A DNA stretch of 64,000 bases from Antedon mediterranea (lineage: Eukaryota; Animalia; Echinodermata). The position numbers and the translations under genes were made by a program. The DNA lies in NCBI RefSeq assembly GCF_964355755.1, contig NC_092674.1, positions 27,218,001 through 27,282,000 on the forward strand. The letters are read 5' to 3'. The notes beneath the pieces were generated by a model. That model saw nothing but the letters and a program-made list of their open reading frames with translations. It was not told the DNA's origin and did no database searches. Of this stretch, positions 37,501-64,000 are shown one piece after another. The stretch's first letter is position 1. Each line of letters begins with the position of its first letter.

Positions 37501-40500
37501 TGATTTGGTACTTGGTAGCTACTTGGGACCAAGTCGCGTATTACGGCAGGCCAACTTACGAATTTACGCGTAACATTGTGAGTATATGAAGCCGTAAGAT
37601 TGGTTCTCACTAGAGACGCAACGCAAGGACGTAACGTAACGTAAGTGATTTGACCAATCACAAGCGATGGATTATTCGAACAGTGGCTTGTCATTAGTCA
37701 ACTCGATTGCGTTGCGCGTACGCCCTTGCGTTGCGTCGCTAGTGGGAACCACGCTTTACACGTAATTTAAAGTAAAAGATTAATGTGTATAAAGTGAATA
37801 ACTGTTCAAACTACGAACATGCCTATTCAAAGTTTGATATTAATCTGTAGTATTTTTCATCTTTATCATCATTCAACCACATTAACATGTCCCTCTCCTC
37901 AAAAAGCGCCTCATCTATAAAGCTTTGTACTATATATATTTTTTATTATTTAACACAGACTAACACCTTTCAAGCAATTCTAGTGACGGATGGTATACAA
38001 TCATACACCATATTCAACTACGGTGATATACAGTGGACAACTGGAATTGCTAGCGATGGTGACAATTATGGTCTAGGTGGCACACCGGCCCAGGTATATA
38101 TCAATGATTGGAATCAAAATGTCTTACCTACCGTGATTTTAGTATTCTGTGTTCAAATTAATTTTTTTGATTATAAGTTAATATTCTGGTAATTTGCCAT
38201 TAACCAATAGGCCTATTGGTGTTCTGTTTTTCCAGTACGATTCTGGAATAAATAATTGCTTCGGCCGGTATTAAATATGGTGTAAGAAAATATAACATAA
38301 AATAACCATTTTTCTAGCATTGATAGGCTATTAATAGGTTTATACATTATAAAAACACGATACACAGCTAACAATTGAAGGTTAATTATTAATTCGATCA
38401 ATAATTACTGTATATCACTTTAGGATTTGGTATTATCATTTATTGTCTTATTTCAAAATTGAGAACACTGATATCTAAATTGAGAAAACACTGATTTTAA
38501 AATTGAAATAATACTGCTTTTTAAATTGAAATAACATTGTATCCTGTTCCTTTGTCACCTAGGTAGGGTCCGGGACCGCGACAGAAGGAGAACGGATGGG
38601 GACCCTCCAAAGAAATTGCATTTTATTTGTCGGGCATTTGTATGATTTGTTTTATTTTTTTGAATGCGCCTTGAGCACTCTTGAGTGGCATGTGCGCTAT
38701 AAAAATCCTGTTATTATTATTATTTTATTATTATTTTTAAATAGAAATAACACTGATTTCTAAATTGAGAGAACATTGATTTCTAAATTGAGAGAACACT
38801 GATTTCTAAATTAAAAGAACACTGATTTTTTAATTGAAAGAACACTGATTTTTAAATTAGGAGAAAACTGAATAACACAATAGAAAGTACGGTACCGTAC
38901 GGGCCTTATATGAATGCGTCGGTACTTTTCATATATATATATATCTTTCATTTGAATGCGGCACTTTATTCGACTGTAGCACACATAAAAAAGTTAAATT
39001 GCTGTCGTGATACGACTGCTGTAGCATAATGTTGTGAGCCGTTTACTCAGTTATTGAAGGAGATGCAACATTAATTACAATGAATGTATAATTGTTGTTA
39101 ATATTCAGGTTGGATGTAATGCTGGTGATGAAGTCAGGCATCATGACGTGGCTGAATCCCAAACAGATGCCATAGTGAATATTAATGAAACAAGCAATGT
39201 TGGCCAGCCAGGCAGATACATTTTCAAAATCAGTGAGGAAAATGTAGTATCGTATGACTGCAACGCTTTTGGTAAATATATAACTCAAAATATATACATA
39301 ATATTTTCGCCTTTTCCATTTCTCGACTCGATTTGAATGGAAGCTTCATTTTGCAGATGTTAAGTTCAAGTCAATGACTACTACACGTTTATTTGAATGT
39401 AAAAACCAATTGCTGTGTGCGTCTTAAGAGAATGAGATATCTTGCGTGTGGTAGTAGTAGTTGCGGGTGATAACTAGTTTCATCGTGTGTGTCTCTAGCA
39501 AATTCTTTTTTGTGTATAGTAGTCATTTGTTGCGTGATGATAGTAGTAGTTACGTGCAATAGTCAGTTCTTGCGTGTGGTTGTAGTAGTAGTTACGTTTG
39601 ATAGTTGTTGCGTGCAATAGTCAGTTATTGCGTGTGGTTGTAGTAGTAGCTACGTGTGATAGTTGTTGCGTGCAATAGTCAGTTCTTGCCTGTGGTAGTA
39701 GTAGTAGTTACGTGTGATAGTTGTTGCGTGCAATAGTCAGTTCTTGCGTGTGGTCGTAGTAGTAGTTACGTGTGATAGTTGTTGCGTGCAATAGTCAGTT
39801 CTTGCGTGTGGTAGTAGTAGTAGTTACGTGTGATAGTTGTTGCGTGCAATAGTCAGTTCTTGCGTGTGGTAGTAGTAGTAGTTACGTGTGATAGTTGTTG
39901 CGTGCAATAGTCAGTTCTTGCGTGTGGTTGTAGGAGTGGTTACGTGTGATAGTTGTTGCGTGCAATAGTCAGTTCTTGCGTGTGGTAGTTGTAATGTGGT
40001 AGTTAAGTGTGATAGTTGTGCATCCAATATTCAAGTTGTATATGTATAGCTAGTAGTATGTGATAGATGTTTTGTACGGTACCATAATTATATTATTTTG
40101 TGTACAGATAGTGGCTCAATCCTTACATATCCTTCCTTCGGATCCATGCTGGGTGGTGCAAGGATATTCATTCAAGGAACATGTTTCGATAATCAAGATA
40201 TTGTAATGTGCAAGTTCATTGATGCTGAAACCGGACCAGAGGTACCGTGTCAATTTGAAAACGAACGCGCAGTGTCTTGTGTGGTACCATGGTTACTGCG
40301 CATTGGTAGAGTACCAGTTTTTCTTTCAAAGGATGGTGGTATGACTTATGGCTTTCGAGGAATCTATACATCAGGTAAGCAACTCGAGAATAATAAAATA
40401 ATTATCAAATAATTATCAAACACGTATAAACCATACTACCATATATTACAACCTCATGGCAGCTGTGTTTTTACCTAACTTTTCACATCTGACTGGAGAG

Positions 40501-43500
40501 AGGCAAATGTAAGGTGTTGAGCATTGGCTCTTAGAACAAGTGTAGACATATGCCAATAATGTTTTTCCCAAATCAAGTTTAAAGATGTATGTAAATAACC
40601 GACAAATAAATAATTTAATAAATGACAAATTGTCAAAGAGGTTGTTTTAAACCAGTCTTGGATGCCGTTCATTATGACAAGTGTACATTGCTTTGGTTTG
40701 TATTATAATCCAAATGCTTTTGTTTTGTAGTGAGTGTTGATGAAGTAACCGAAGATGTCGCGCCAAAAGCTCGCCTTGAGTACGATGACGACTTGGAAAG
40801 ATACACGGTTATGTGGAGGGCAGACTCCTTGCAAGGGCATTTCTTCGATATTGACATTATTTTATATGATGAGTATGATCCAACAAACCTAGAAATGGTC
40901 AATATTTTAAATGATAGGCAATTTGAAACAGCAGAAGAAAATTATGAATATCTTGTGCCCAGAAATTTTGAAGTGGAAACATCAAAACTTGGAGTCATTC
41001 GTGTTATGCAAGGTGACGAGGAACCTGGTGGTAACAACGAGTAAGTATTTAATGCGTTTCATTTATCCTTTTCAAGTTTGAAGTCTGAAGTACCACCAAG
41101 TTGCTAATCATAGTCTTTTAGACCAGACTTCAGAATCATAGACCATAAATTGATAGAAGTCATTCAATGTCAGTAAAACATAATTAATATCCACCACCTA
41201 ATTGGAATAAACAATTTAAGCAACAAAAACGTCTTTGTGCGAAAAGGGAATGGAGTAACTTTGTTATTATTCACAGTTATTATCAGTTAAGATCCATTCT
41301 ATCTTACTTAACACTAGTGTATACAAACATTGGCGTATTGTTTTTTTTCTGAAAAAGAAAATCTTGTCAGAATTAAAAATGTATTACAGTAAATTTAACT
41401 TTAAAATGAAATAAATAAATGTTTATTTGATTTGACTTGTTATACAAACAGATACCTCTATCATCTTCCACTTTTGCAAGATTTTACAAAATGTTATCAT
41501 TAATACTATTTATCTGTTCACAGTTTTGCATTATACATTTGGAGTGACCCATTTGACATGAGCATATTTTATAAATATAAGTTCGATTTACGTAAATGGT
41601 GTTCGTCATGGCAAAATTTGTATGGAGCATTTACTTCAGATGGTGAATTTACTTCAGATGGTGAATTGAGGTGTCCATGTAACCTACAGACTGCTTTGGT
41701 CGATCGGGGACGCTTTGAGTCAAGTCCACGCTGTTCAAATACAGTCGAGGATTCGTGTTCAGATGACGGTGATATTGTGCACTGTGTTCGTAGCAGCAGT
41801 CCCAGGTAAACTATACCATACCGTTTGTGGAAGGAGTCAAGTCAGCTCTGGTCTCCCTTTTTAAGAAAAGAGCTTTCAGAAAATATTTCACTTCACATTC
41901 TCAGCCCCTTTTCCAATTCTCAATCCTTTCCGTCATTCTCACCTTCTTGACCTTCCCATTCCCAACCTCTTTCCAATTCTCCACATGCACTTTCTAAGCA
42001 TCATGAGTTTGATTGTATAGATTATGTAGATTTGTTTGTATATTTAAAACTTTAACATAAAAGAAATAATCTGATTATTTACTACCTGTAGTTCCAACGG
42101 AGAAGGTTTAGAGTGTTGTTACGACATCAACGGAAACCTTGCCAATATAGCTGATAATTTGTATGCAGGTTACATTCATCGGTATCACTACCACGGTACA
42201 GAACCATTCGACCAAACGGGTACTTCTCCCTACTTCTCGCATTACACAAGTGATGTCTTGCCATACATTAGGTGCTGCTCTACTAGGTCTGATTGTGATC
42301 GGTATTTCATACCATATCGACCATCGCAGGATTGTAATGGCTACCAGCCTCCTAGACCAGGTACATTTGTAGATATCTATGTATGTCACCGCAAGCACAC
42401 CTAAAAGCAACAAAAACATTATAATCATATCTCTTTTTGACATACAGTACTTTAATCATGAAATATGATACACACCATTGATTTGACAGTACTCTGCCTA
42501 TTTTTATTTGTTGTGGTGGGTTGAGGGAGAGGGAACTTAATTGTTTTCACAAAGGTTCATTAAAAAGACATACAGTATTTTATAAACAGAATATTTTGTT
42601 TGACAGGAAGATTGAATGGTGATCCCCACATATTAACTCTGGATGGACTTGCGTACACATTTAATGGACATGGAGAGTACGTTCTGATAGACGCACTCGG
42701 TGGATTGTTTGAAATGCAAGGACGTACCGAACCAATTAAAAATGGTTGGTAGGCCTACTGTAAATAGCACTATAGTGTAAGGAATTGAAAATTAGGTGAA
42801 CTAATGAAAAGCATACATGGTTGTTACAGATATAATGCCAATTAAGGTACAAATGCGATGTCTGGGCTTGGTTTACATGGATGTCGGCAAATTCTCTTTT
42901 TTATTCATGTATAAAACAGAAGAAACACAGTGATAACCTATACTATATAAGACAGGCTAATATTTATAACAGTCATACATTATACCTGAAATTATAAATG
43001 TATATTGTCTAGAATTTGTATTCTGAACAAATAAATAATTATTATTTATTAGGTACCACACCAATTAAGGCTACACGGTTTACTGCAATCGCAGCGAAAT
43101 TTAACAATGATACGATGGTACACGTAGCATTGAATCAAGTACGTGGACTGGTTGCCTATACGACTGAAGACTATGTATGGTCACGTATAGACTTTGACGA
43201 TAATCCGATCTGGTCTGGCACAGGTAATAATACTTCATTTTTCATTTGATATGTGGCTCGTGTCAGTGACAGGTTGAATGTTAAAATCATTAAAAACCAA
43301 TTGAAAATGTTCATTTATCCGATCTGGCACAGGTAATAATACTTCTGTAAATCAAGTATTTAAATTTATTACCCCACTTTCTGATTTTCTGACAGCGGTT
43401 TTTTTTTTTAGCAGAACAAGCAAATTTTTAAAGTTGTGCTTGCCACAGGACTTTTTTTTTAAATTGTGGCATTTTGCAAAAATAGAAAAACTAAACCTAC

Positions 43501-46500
43501 CACTAGCCTTTTAAAAACCTTTTTTGCAGGACTTACCATCTTCTACACTAAGGCAACCAATGAGACCAGTGTATCTATAACCGTGGCGTACGATTTTGGA
43601 TTATCATTCGTTGTTGAAGCTAACAATGACCTGATGTCAATAATAGTCTACGGTCCTGAGATGTTGCGTGGCAACACCAGCGGATTGCTTGGAAACTGGA
43701 ATGATGATGTCACAGATGACCTTCGAACTCCAGATGGGGACATCATTCCCTCAAACTCAAGTCTTCGAGATATCCACTATGATTTTGGAGAGAAGTGTAA
43801 TATAATTTATATACAGTTTTATTTCACTGTAGCTAAGTAAAAAGTAAATGCCAAGACCTCATCCAATCACCATCCCTTTAACATACATCTTTAGCATCCA
43901 TAGTAAGGGACTATAATATCTCTATGTGTACAGTACACATTGTTGGCAAGAAAAACACCTGCAACAGGTGTTTTAGTTCAAATCAAATTTTGTTCTAAAT
44001 CATGACTACTGTTTGATTCTATTTAGGGCGAGTTGACCCTGAGGATTCAATTCTATATTATATACCTGGTACTGATTATAGTACATACTATAATCCCGAT
44101 TTTGTGCCATGGTTTGAGCCACCAGACAATTTTGATCAGGAAGAAGTGAAGAAGGTTTGTGGAGACAACATTGAGTGTATCTTTGACTACCAAGTTACAG
44201 GGAATGTAGAAATTGCCAAAGTCACAAAAGATATTGTAGAATTTGTTGAGGAAATTAAGGAAGATGTTAAACCTGGTACGTTTTTTTTCCATTATCACAT
44301 GCCACTAGAATAACCATTACCATCATCATGGATTACAAATACCAAATCCCCCTACTATTATACCTATTTACCATGATTAACACTACCAAATCCACTTCTA
44401 CAATCACCATGATGACAACTACCATTAATACCACTACACAACAATGAACATCCATTACCACCATTAACACTACCATTTCCACCACTAGAATAACCATGAC
44501 AACTACTACCATCACCATAATTATGAAAACCATAACCTTGAATACCCATTATCAAATTCACAACTACCATCCTCATGATGACCACGGATCTCCATGATGA
44601 CCACTACCATCACCATGATGGCCACTCCATCACCATGATGACCACACCATCACCATGATGATCACTACCATCACCATGTTGACGACTACCATCACCATGA
44701 TGACCACTACCATCACCATGATGACCACTACCATCACCATGATGACCACTACCATCACCATGATGATCACTACCATCACCATGATGACCACTACCATCAC
44801 CATGATGACCACTACCATCACCATGATGACCACTACCATCACCATGTTGACGACTACCATCACCATGATGACCACTACCATCACCATGTTGACGATTACC
44901 CTCACCATGATGACCACTACCATCACCATTGTGACCACTACCATCACCATGATTGAATACCAATTACCATGACCTCACCCCCATTTTCAATATATATCTA
45001 CAGTACAACGACCATTCCACTTGTAAAATCCTAATAATTTTCTTTTACAGTTGTAGTGTGTGGTTTCATATCTACTCCGCAAAACGGCTCCAAGACTGGT
45101 ACAACGTACACAGAGGGCAGCATTTTAATATTTATTTGCGAAACTGGTTTCAAATTGACTGGTGAATCTAGGATCATTTGTACACCAGAAGGAGTTTGGT
45201 CAGATTTTACACCCACCTGTGTTGGTAATTATTAAGTTTATATATTATTACCTTGTACTGTATTTCATTTAAAATTGATCCTTTTCTCTTTTCTTATTTA
45301 ATCTCAACTCACTCCATCCTACCATACCAGTTCTTCTTTTGTATTCATGTTCCTCCAATCAGATTTATTCGTTTATTCTATTTTTTGCATCTCCTCTCAA
45401 TCCTTTACTTTCCACAATTCATCCAGTATCTATCTCTCTTGTCTGAACACTTCTTCTATCAATTCTCATTTCATAAACACTTTTCTATATTCTTTAATAA
45501 ATAAATTGTTCTATTTTATTTGCAGACCAATGTGAATACGCAGAAGCCCCTCAAAATGGAGCTAAACAATTCAAAGGGCAAACTATATACTTCACATGCA
45601 ATGATGGTTATACGTTAAATGGAGAGTCTTCCATAATGTGTATGGGAGGGACGGTGTCTGATAGTATGCCCACTTGTGAAGAAGGTAAATTTTTTCCATT
45701 AAATCAACCTATACTAGAATCATATTTACATTTTAGACGATTGGAGGTATATCTCCTTCCTTAATGCTGCATCATTTCTAAGTTTGTATAATTAGTTAAA
45801 AAACAAATACTAAAATTTTCCTTTGCTCACCTTTACTTTTAGATTTTCCCATCTTGTATATTATAATTGGTTCTGCTGCTGCTGGCCTCTTTTTAATATT
45901 TATTGGCATTTTATGCTGCTGGTGCTTCTGCTGCAGAAGGTATGTGAATAGGGGTGTCCCAAAGCATTGGTTTTACTGTAGTAAAAACATTACTTATTGA
46001 AATGAATCAAAATCTAAAAGAGGGCGAAAGAAAGTCACTCACGCATGTAATTTCAACTAAAAAATGTAATGATAATTACCAAAAATTAAAGCCAAGACAT
46101 TTTGACTGTCCACATGGCACTACAAAAAAGTAACCTCAATGCAATGACCTCTTACCTTATATCAGAGAAAGATTTTTTATTTTATTTACTGTCTTGGTAT
46201 CTATACACAAAGTATCCACTAAGTACAGAGCTCCTATGAAATTGAACGAGTTTAAAAAAAAAAGTAGATACTTTGAATTCTAAATGTTTCTAGTTCTTTA
46301 CTTCATATCAACTCTTTATTTGTAGATCTAGTAGTAGATCACAGGCTGGAAAACACAAAGAATCATCTTTTCATGTCATGTAAGTGTACCAGAAAAGTCA
46401 ATAATATTGAAAAGCCCCCCCCCCCCCCCACTCCACAAGAATCCCACCCTAAAAAATACTGTTATGTTTTCCCAACCCACCCTAACTTTTTGACACCGGG

Positions 46501-49051
46501 ACACCAACCTCCTAGACATTTCTAGATAAATCAAAAACCAAATGAGTCTTACCTTAATCAGGGAAGAGTGAAATTACATTCCCTGCCTTAACATAACATA
46601 GAAATTTCCAGCACAAATTTTTACTTCTAAGTAAATAGCTTAGTTGAATTCTTTTACATCTTTCATGTTTTTATTTGAAGTTCTTATTTCATAATAATAA
46701 AATCTGTATTTTATAGAGAACATGGTGCCACAGGCTTAGTTGAAAAGTGAGTATTAAGTCTTTATATTTCTCTTCCGTAAAAACAATAGACTGCAAAAAT
46801 TATTAGGAGTTAAGCCTTCTATTTTAGAGGCTACATTCAATGTTCGTACAGTGGATCCTTTTCAAGGATCAGGTATACTTAAACATTTTGCCTGCCATCA
46901 CAATGGTCAAGTGAGAATACCTGATTTAAACTCGCCAGAATGGCTAGTTACAATGCAAAGGGACAAGTCAAGGCAGATACATGGGGGCAGGAGGTGTTAG
47001 CCAGGCACTTTTAGGACCTGGGTCCCACCTTTAAAAATCCTGGATCTGCCACTGCCCTACGAGTATTTATATATGGCATATGAACACCTAATGACTGGGA
47101 ATGACTAACACATACATTCTTCATTGAATGTTGTGTGAGTTAAGTAAGTGGGGGAAGCCGATACAAATAATTGTACTTAATTAAAATTGAACTCAGAAAT
47201 CTGAAAAAAGGTTACTGCTGATCACCATACCACAATAATTAATGGTATATAAAGTTGGTTCGTACTTTCGATACTGATTTTAACCACCTGATGTAACCCT
47301 GTTTACTAATTAAATGGAGTTCGATAATTAGTTATTGAAGATTAAAACGAATTTAGGTTCAACGATTTGCCCCAAATAGGGGTGTTTTCCGATCGTGGTA
47401 TACACTGTCCAATGCATGTCTATCTTGAAAAATACCCGCATACAATAATACGAGGATGCTTCGCATTTTCCTATCTCCTCCTACGATAATTGTTTTTAAT
47501 GGATGAAAACCGGTTGAACAGCTCGAGTACAGCATCATAATGTTGAAGACAGACCTATTTTCTTAAAAACATACTATTTTGATAGATTTAATATACATTT
47601 ATACAAATGTATTGATTTCCGATGAATGGAACATTCCAATAATAACTCTTTGCTTTAACACAAGTACCACCAGCTGTTGTAAATTTATTGGCCCTTGGGG
47701 AATTAACCTAAAACCTATATATAGATAAGTATTGCAATACTTGGACATTACTGTAAATACGTATTAACATTTGTGGTCGCCATTGAATTTACTGTGAGTG
47801 TGGGTACTGAGAACACAATCATGTACAAATAAACGTATTACTGTGAGTGTAGGCCCTACTGTTATATAGAACGTACAATATACAAATAAACTGTAGTACT
47901 GACAGTTGCTTCTCAACGTTTGTATTAATTAATAATTACAAAGAATATAAACGTTGTAGTGGTACGTGTATCGTTACATGTACTATGCTATTTCAATCGA
48001 CTATGACAGTGACAGTTTTAACAAAGTATTAAGTCGCAAATGTGTTACTGTATCAAGTGGTATATTATTTATAGGCCTGTGAGTAGGCCCTACTGTTATA
48101 TAAAACGTACAATATACACATAAACTGTAGTACTGACAGTTGCTTCTCAACGTTTGTATTAATTAATAATTACAAAGAATATAAACGTTGTAGTGGTACG
48201 TGTATCGTTACATGTACAGGCTATTTCAATGGACTATGACAGTGACAGTTTTAACAAAGTATTAAATCGCAAATGTGTTACTGTATCAAGTGGTATATTA
48301 TTTATAGGCCTGTGAGTAGGCCCTACTGTTATATAAAACGTACAATATACAAATAAACTGTAGTACTGACAGTTGCTTCTCAACGTTTGTATTAATTAAT
48401 AATTACAAAGAATATAAACGTTGTAGTGGTACGTGTATCGTTACATGTACATGCTATTTCAATGGACTATAACAGTGACAGTTTTAACAAAGTATTAAAT
48501 CGCAAATGTGTTACTGTATCAAGTGGTATATTATTTATAGGCCTATCAAAGTGAAAAACATATTTCGTTACTGAGTAGATAAATAATATATTAAAACATT
48601 GTTCTTCTTTGTACCCATATCCTCTTCCCCATCCCTCAAAACTAATGTTACACACAAAACACAAATTGGGTTTGTTTAAATGAGTCCAAATAACAAATTT
48701 GGACTCATTTTGTGACAAGTTTCTCTTTCGGAAGTAATTCCCAGTGTGCTAATTTCAGTTTAATACATAAATCATCGTGTCTATTTATTTGTTTCTGTAA
48801 ACAATAATAACTATTATCGTCCTGCAGTACGTACATTAAAAAAAGCATTTTTTTACGCTGAAATTACTGTGTATTCGAGAACCATCTGTGGGCACGACCT
48901 AGATGGTACGCGAGCGAAGCGAGATTATAATCTAGTAATTATAATTTATACAATTTATACTATTAATTGTTATCAATATTTTATTTCTTGTTTCTTTAGT
49001 CCAACGTACGATGGAATTTCAAATCCAGCTTACGAAAGAAGATTATTTTAA
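31527..49051 (+). CDS. Mesh/SUSD2-like type I membrane protein, copy 1 (signal - lysozyme-like - NIDO - IPT - AMOP - VWD - 2 sushi - TM - NPxY tail), about 1292 aa
   Basis: 22 GT-AG exons total 3879 nt in frame: 31527-31584, 34317-34558, 35152-35341, 35923-36021, 36486-36613, 37233-37577, 37959-38093, 39109-39271, 40108-40374, 40731-41040, 41524-41805, 42092-42360, 42607-42744, 43053-43223, 43530-43796, 44027-44275, 45051-45224, 45526-45684, 45843-45939, 46326-46379, 46717-46746, 49000-49051. Motifs [71 protein letters not shown]. Confidence 0.92.
36671..37082. mobile_element. Kolobok-like MITE (TTAA-flanked, AG termini)
   Basis: TTAAAGATGTATTGT...ACAATACATCTTTA. A related internal sequence lies at about 51381-51636. 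Confidence 0.6.
37595..37758. mobile_element. MITE family 1 copy
   Basis: Same TIRs and internal TTGACCAATCACAAGCGATGG as 274-458. Absent from the equivalent intron of copy 2. Confidence 0.8.
38445..38872. repeat. Degenerate short tandem repeat (AACACTGATTTCTAAATTGA) interrupted by a LINE-like 3' tail
   Basis: The unit recurs at 38460-38540 and 38740-38870. The insert ends GCGCCTTGAGCAC...GCGCTATAAAAAT..(TTA)n, like an L2/CR1 tail. Confidence 0.55.
39535..40020. repeat. 58-bp minisatellite, about 8 copies
   Basis: GCGTGCAATAGTCAGTT at 39610, 39668, 39726, 39784, 39842, 39900 and 39958. Confidence 0.95.
44575..44955. repeat. 21-bp minisatellite (CCATCACCATGATGACCACTA)n, intronic
   Basis: Directly visible, preceded by degenerate CAC/CAT-rich sequence from about 44290. 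Confidence 0.95.
47845..48545. repeat. About 233-bp tandem repeat x3 in the last intron
   Basis: GTAGGCCCTACTGTTATATA at about 47849, 48083 and 48316. Units are near-identical. Confidence 0.92.
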
Positions 49052-50339
49052 TAAATACAGGACGGTTTGATCCTCAGTTTAATTTACTCAGAATGACTGC
49101 GAAATGTGAACTATGACTTGTTCCGTATACACAACTGCAATTCAACAAGAAGAATGCAATTGTAAACACAAGTTGTGCAGGTTATCATTGCATCCAGCAA
49201 ATGTACTCAAATTAGTACAAATACTAAAAAATGGATGAAGAGAACATAAATAAACTGAAAATCCGGTAGTTTTATACTATTTATGCAATTTAGCAAGTGT
49301 AATTAAATAGGTAAAATAGTTGAAATGATGTCTTGAGAGCACCAGGGTATAGGCATTGACAAACCTAGTACTATGCAAGTAAAGTACTTAATCAGTATCA
49401 GTTTGTTTAGTTTATGAGATTTCAACAATTCAATTGCAAGTGAATCTTTTACTTGCGAGTGTTAATGGCAATTTTTTTATAGTTTAAGTTTATAAAGTGC
49501 TTTTACAATAAACAGATTGTCCCAAAGCGCTTAAAATAAAAACAATGCCGCTTGTTTTAGTTACTGTTTTTATGATTCAGATCAGTGATCTCGATTTCAC
49601 TGTACATTTCATTAGTGTTAATTTTATTGAATGTACATTTTCAACATTGGTAGGCCTACATTTGTATGTTATTTAAGAATAGGTCAGAAAAAACCGTCTA
49701 GAATTATAATATATTAAGCCTATATTCTATGAGGGAGTAATTAATTACAACTCCCTGATTCTATGGTTATTAGGCATATTCTTATGTTTTTTTTTTTTGC
49801 GTAAGCAGACTAGGCCTATTAACCAAAGGCCAACAGGAGGCCCCAACATAAACAAAATAATCTGAGCAAACTTACTTTGCAAAAAAATGTTGAACGTTGT
49901 ACTATCCTTATTAATGTTTAGCAAACATGACAATAGGCCTAAGCTGATTCGGCACAAATTGTTATTGGTATTTTGATATGGGTTTCAGACATTTGGAAAT
50001 CCTGTCTGGTTTTTCATTAAACATTAACTAAACACAATGGCCTTTTGTTCGTCTTACCCATCTTTGATTGGTTAAGTCTTATTGTATTATAGAATATTCT
50101 AGTAACTTTGTTACAGTTCTCTTCACCTGATGATAGGTTATGGCCGAATACGTTGTTTTAATAAAATCTTAATTTTACAATTTTAAACTGAAGAGACATG
50201 GTGAGAAACAGTAAATGAGTGGCTCTCTGCTCCTAACTAAAATAAGGAACGCAAGGTGGAGGAATTTTTAAGAGAGGAGGCAGATAACTTTTTGTCGATC
50301 ATTTCCTCATTCTTCACAGTTAAGAACGGGTTAGCAAAG

Positions 50340-64000
<13,661 letters not shown>

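Noticed and set aside
44333-44972. His/Gly-rich, Met/Val-rich and Thr/Met mucin-like ORFs
   Set aside because: A 21-bp minisatellite open in several frames. The flanking exons (44275>45051) splice in frame without it.

Overview
AT-rich, intron-containing animal genomic DNA. The TAGGCCTA-rich background and Deu-type SINE point to a marine invertebrate deuterostome, probably an echinoderm (inference). From left to right the window holds: (1) a minus-strand cluster of intronless TSP1/EGF genes with a hydrophobic helix at each end (one intact, one miniature, one pseudogene, one 3' remnant) plus a decayed Penelope-like element; (2) three TMEM272-like paralogs, two intact and one partial and frameshifted; (3) AKAP17A; (4) two tandem plus-strand Mesh/SUSD2-like genes (NIDO-IPT-AMOP-VWD-sushi-TM), the first complete (22 coding exons, about 1292 aa by hand splicing) and the second running off the window. 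The main finding is that both Mesh-like copies carry an intron-split N-terminal domain that by eye resembles phage T4-type (GH24) lysozyme. Copy 2 keeps the E-X8-D catalytic spacing and copy 1 has E-X8-N. The protein also has a GDPH autocleavage site and, in copy 1, a tail with two NPxY motifs, suggesting a membrane-tethered peptidoglycan hydrolase or sensor. MITEs, SINE/LINE fragments and satellites are abundant. All calls come from manual translation and motif recognition; no searches were run.
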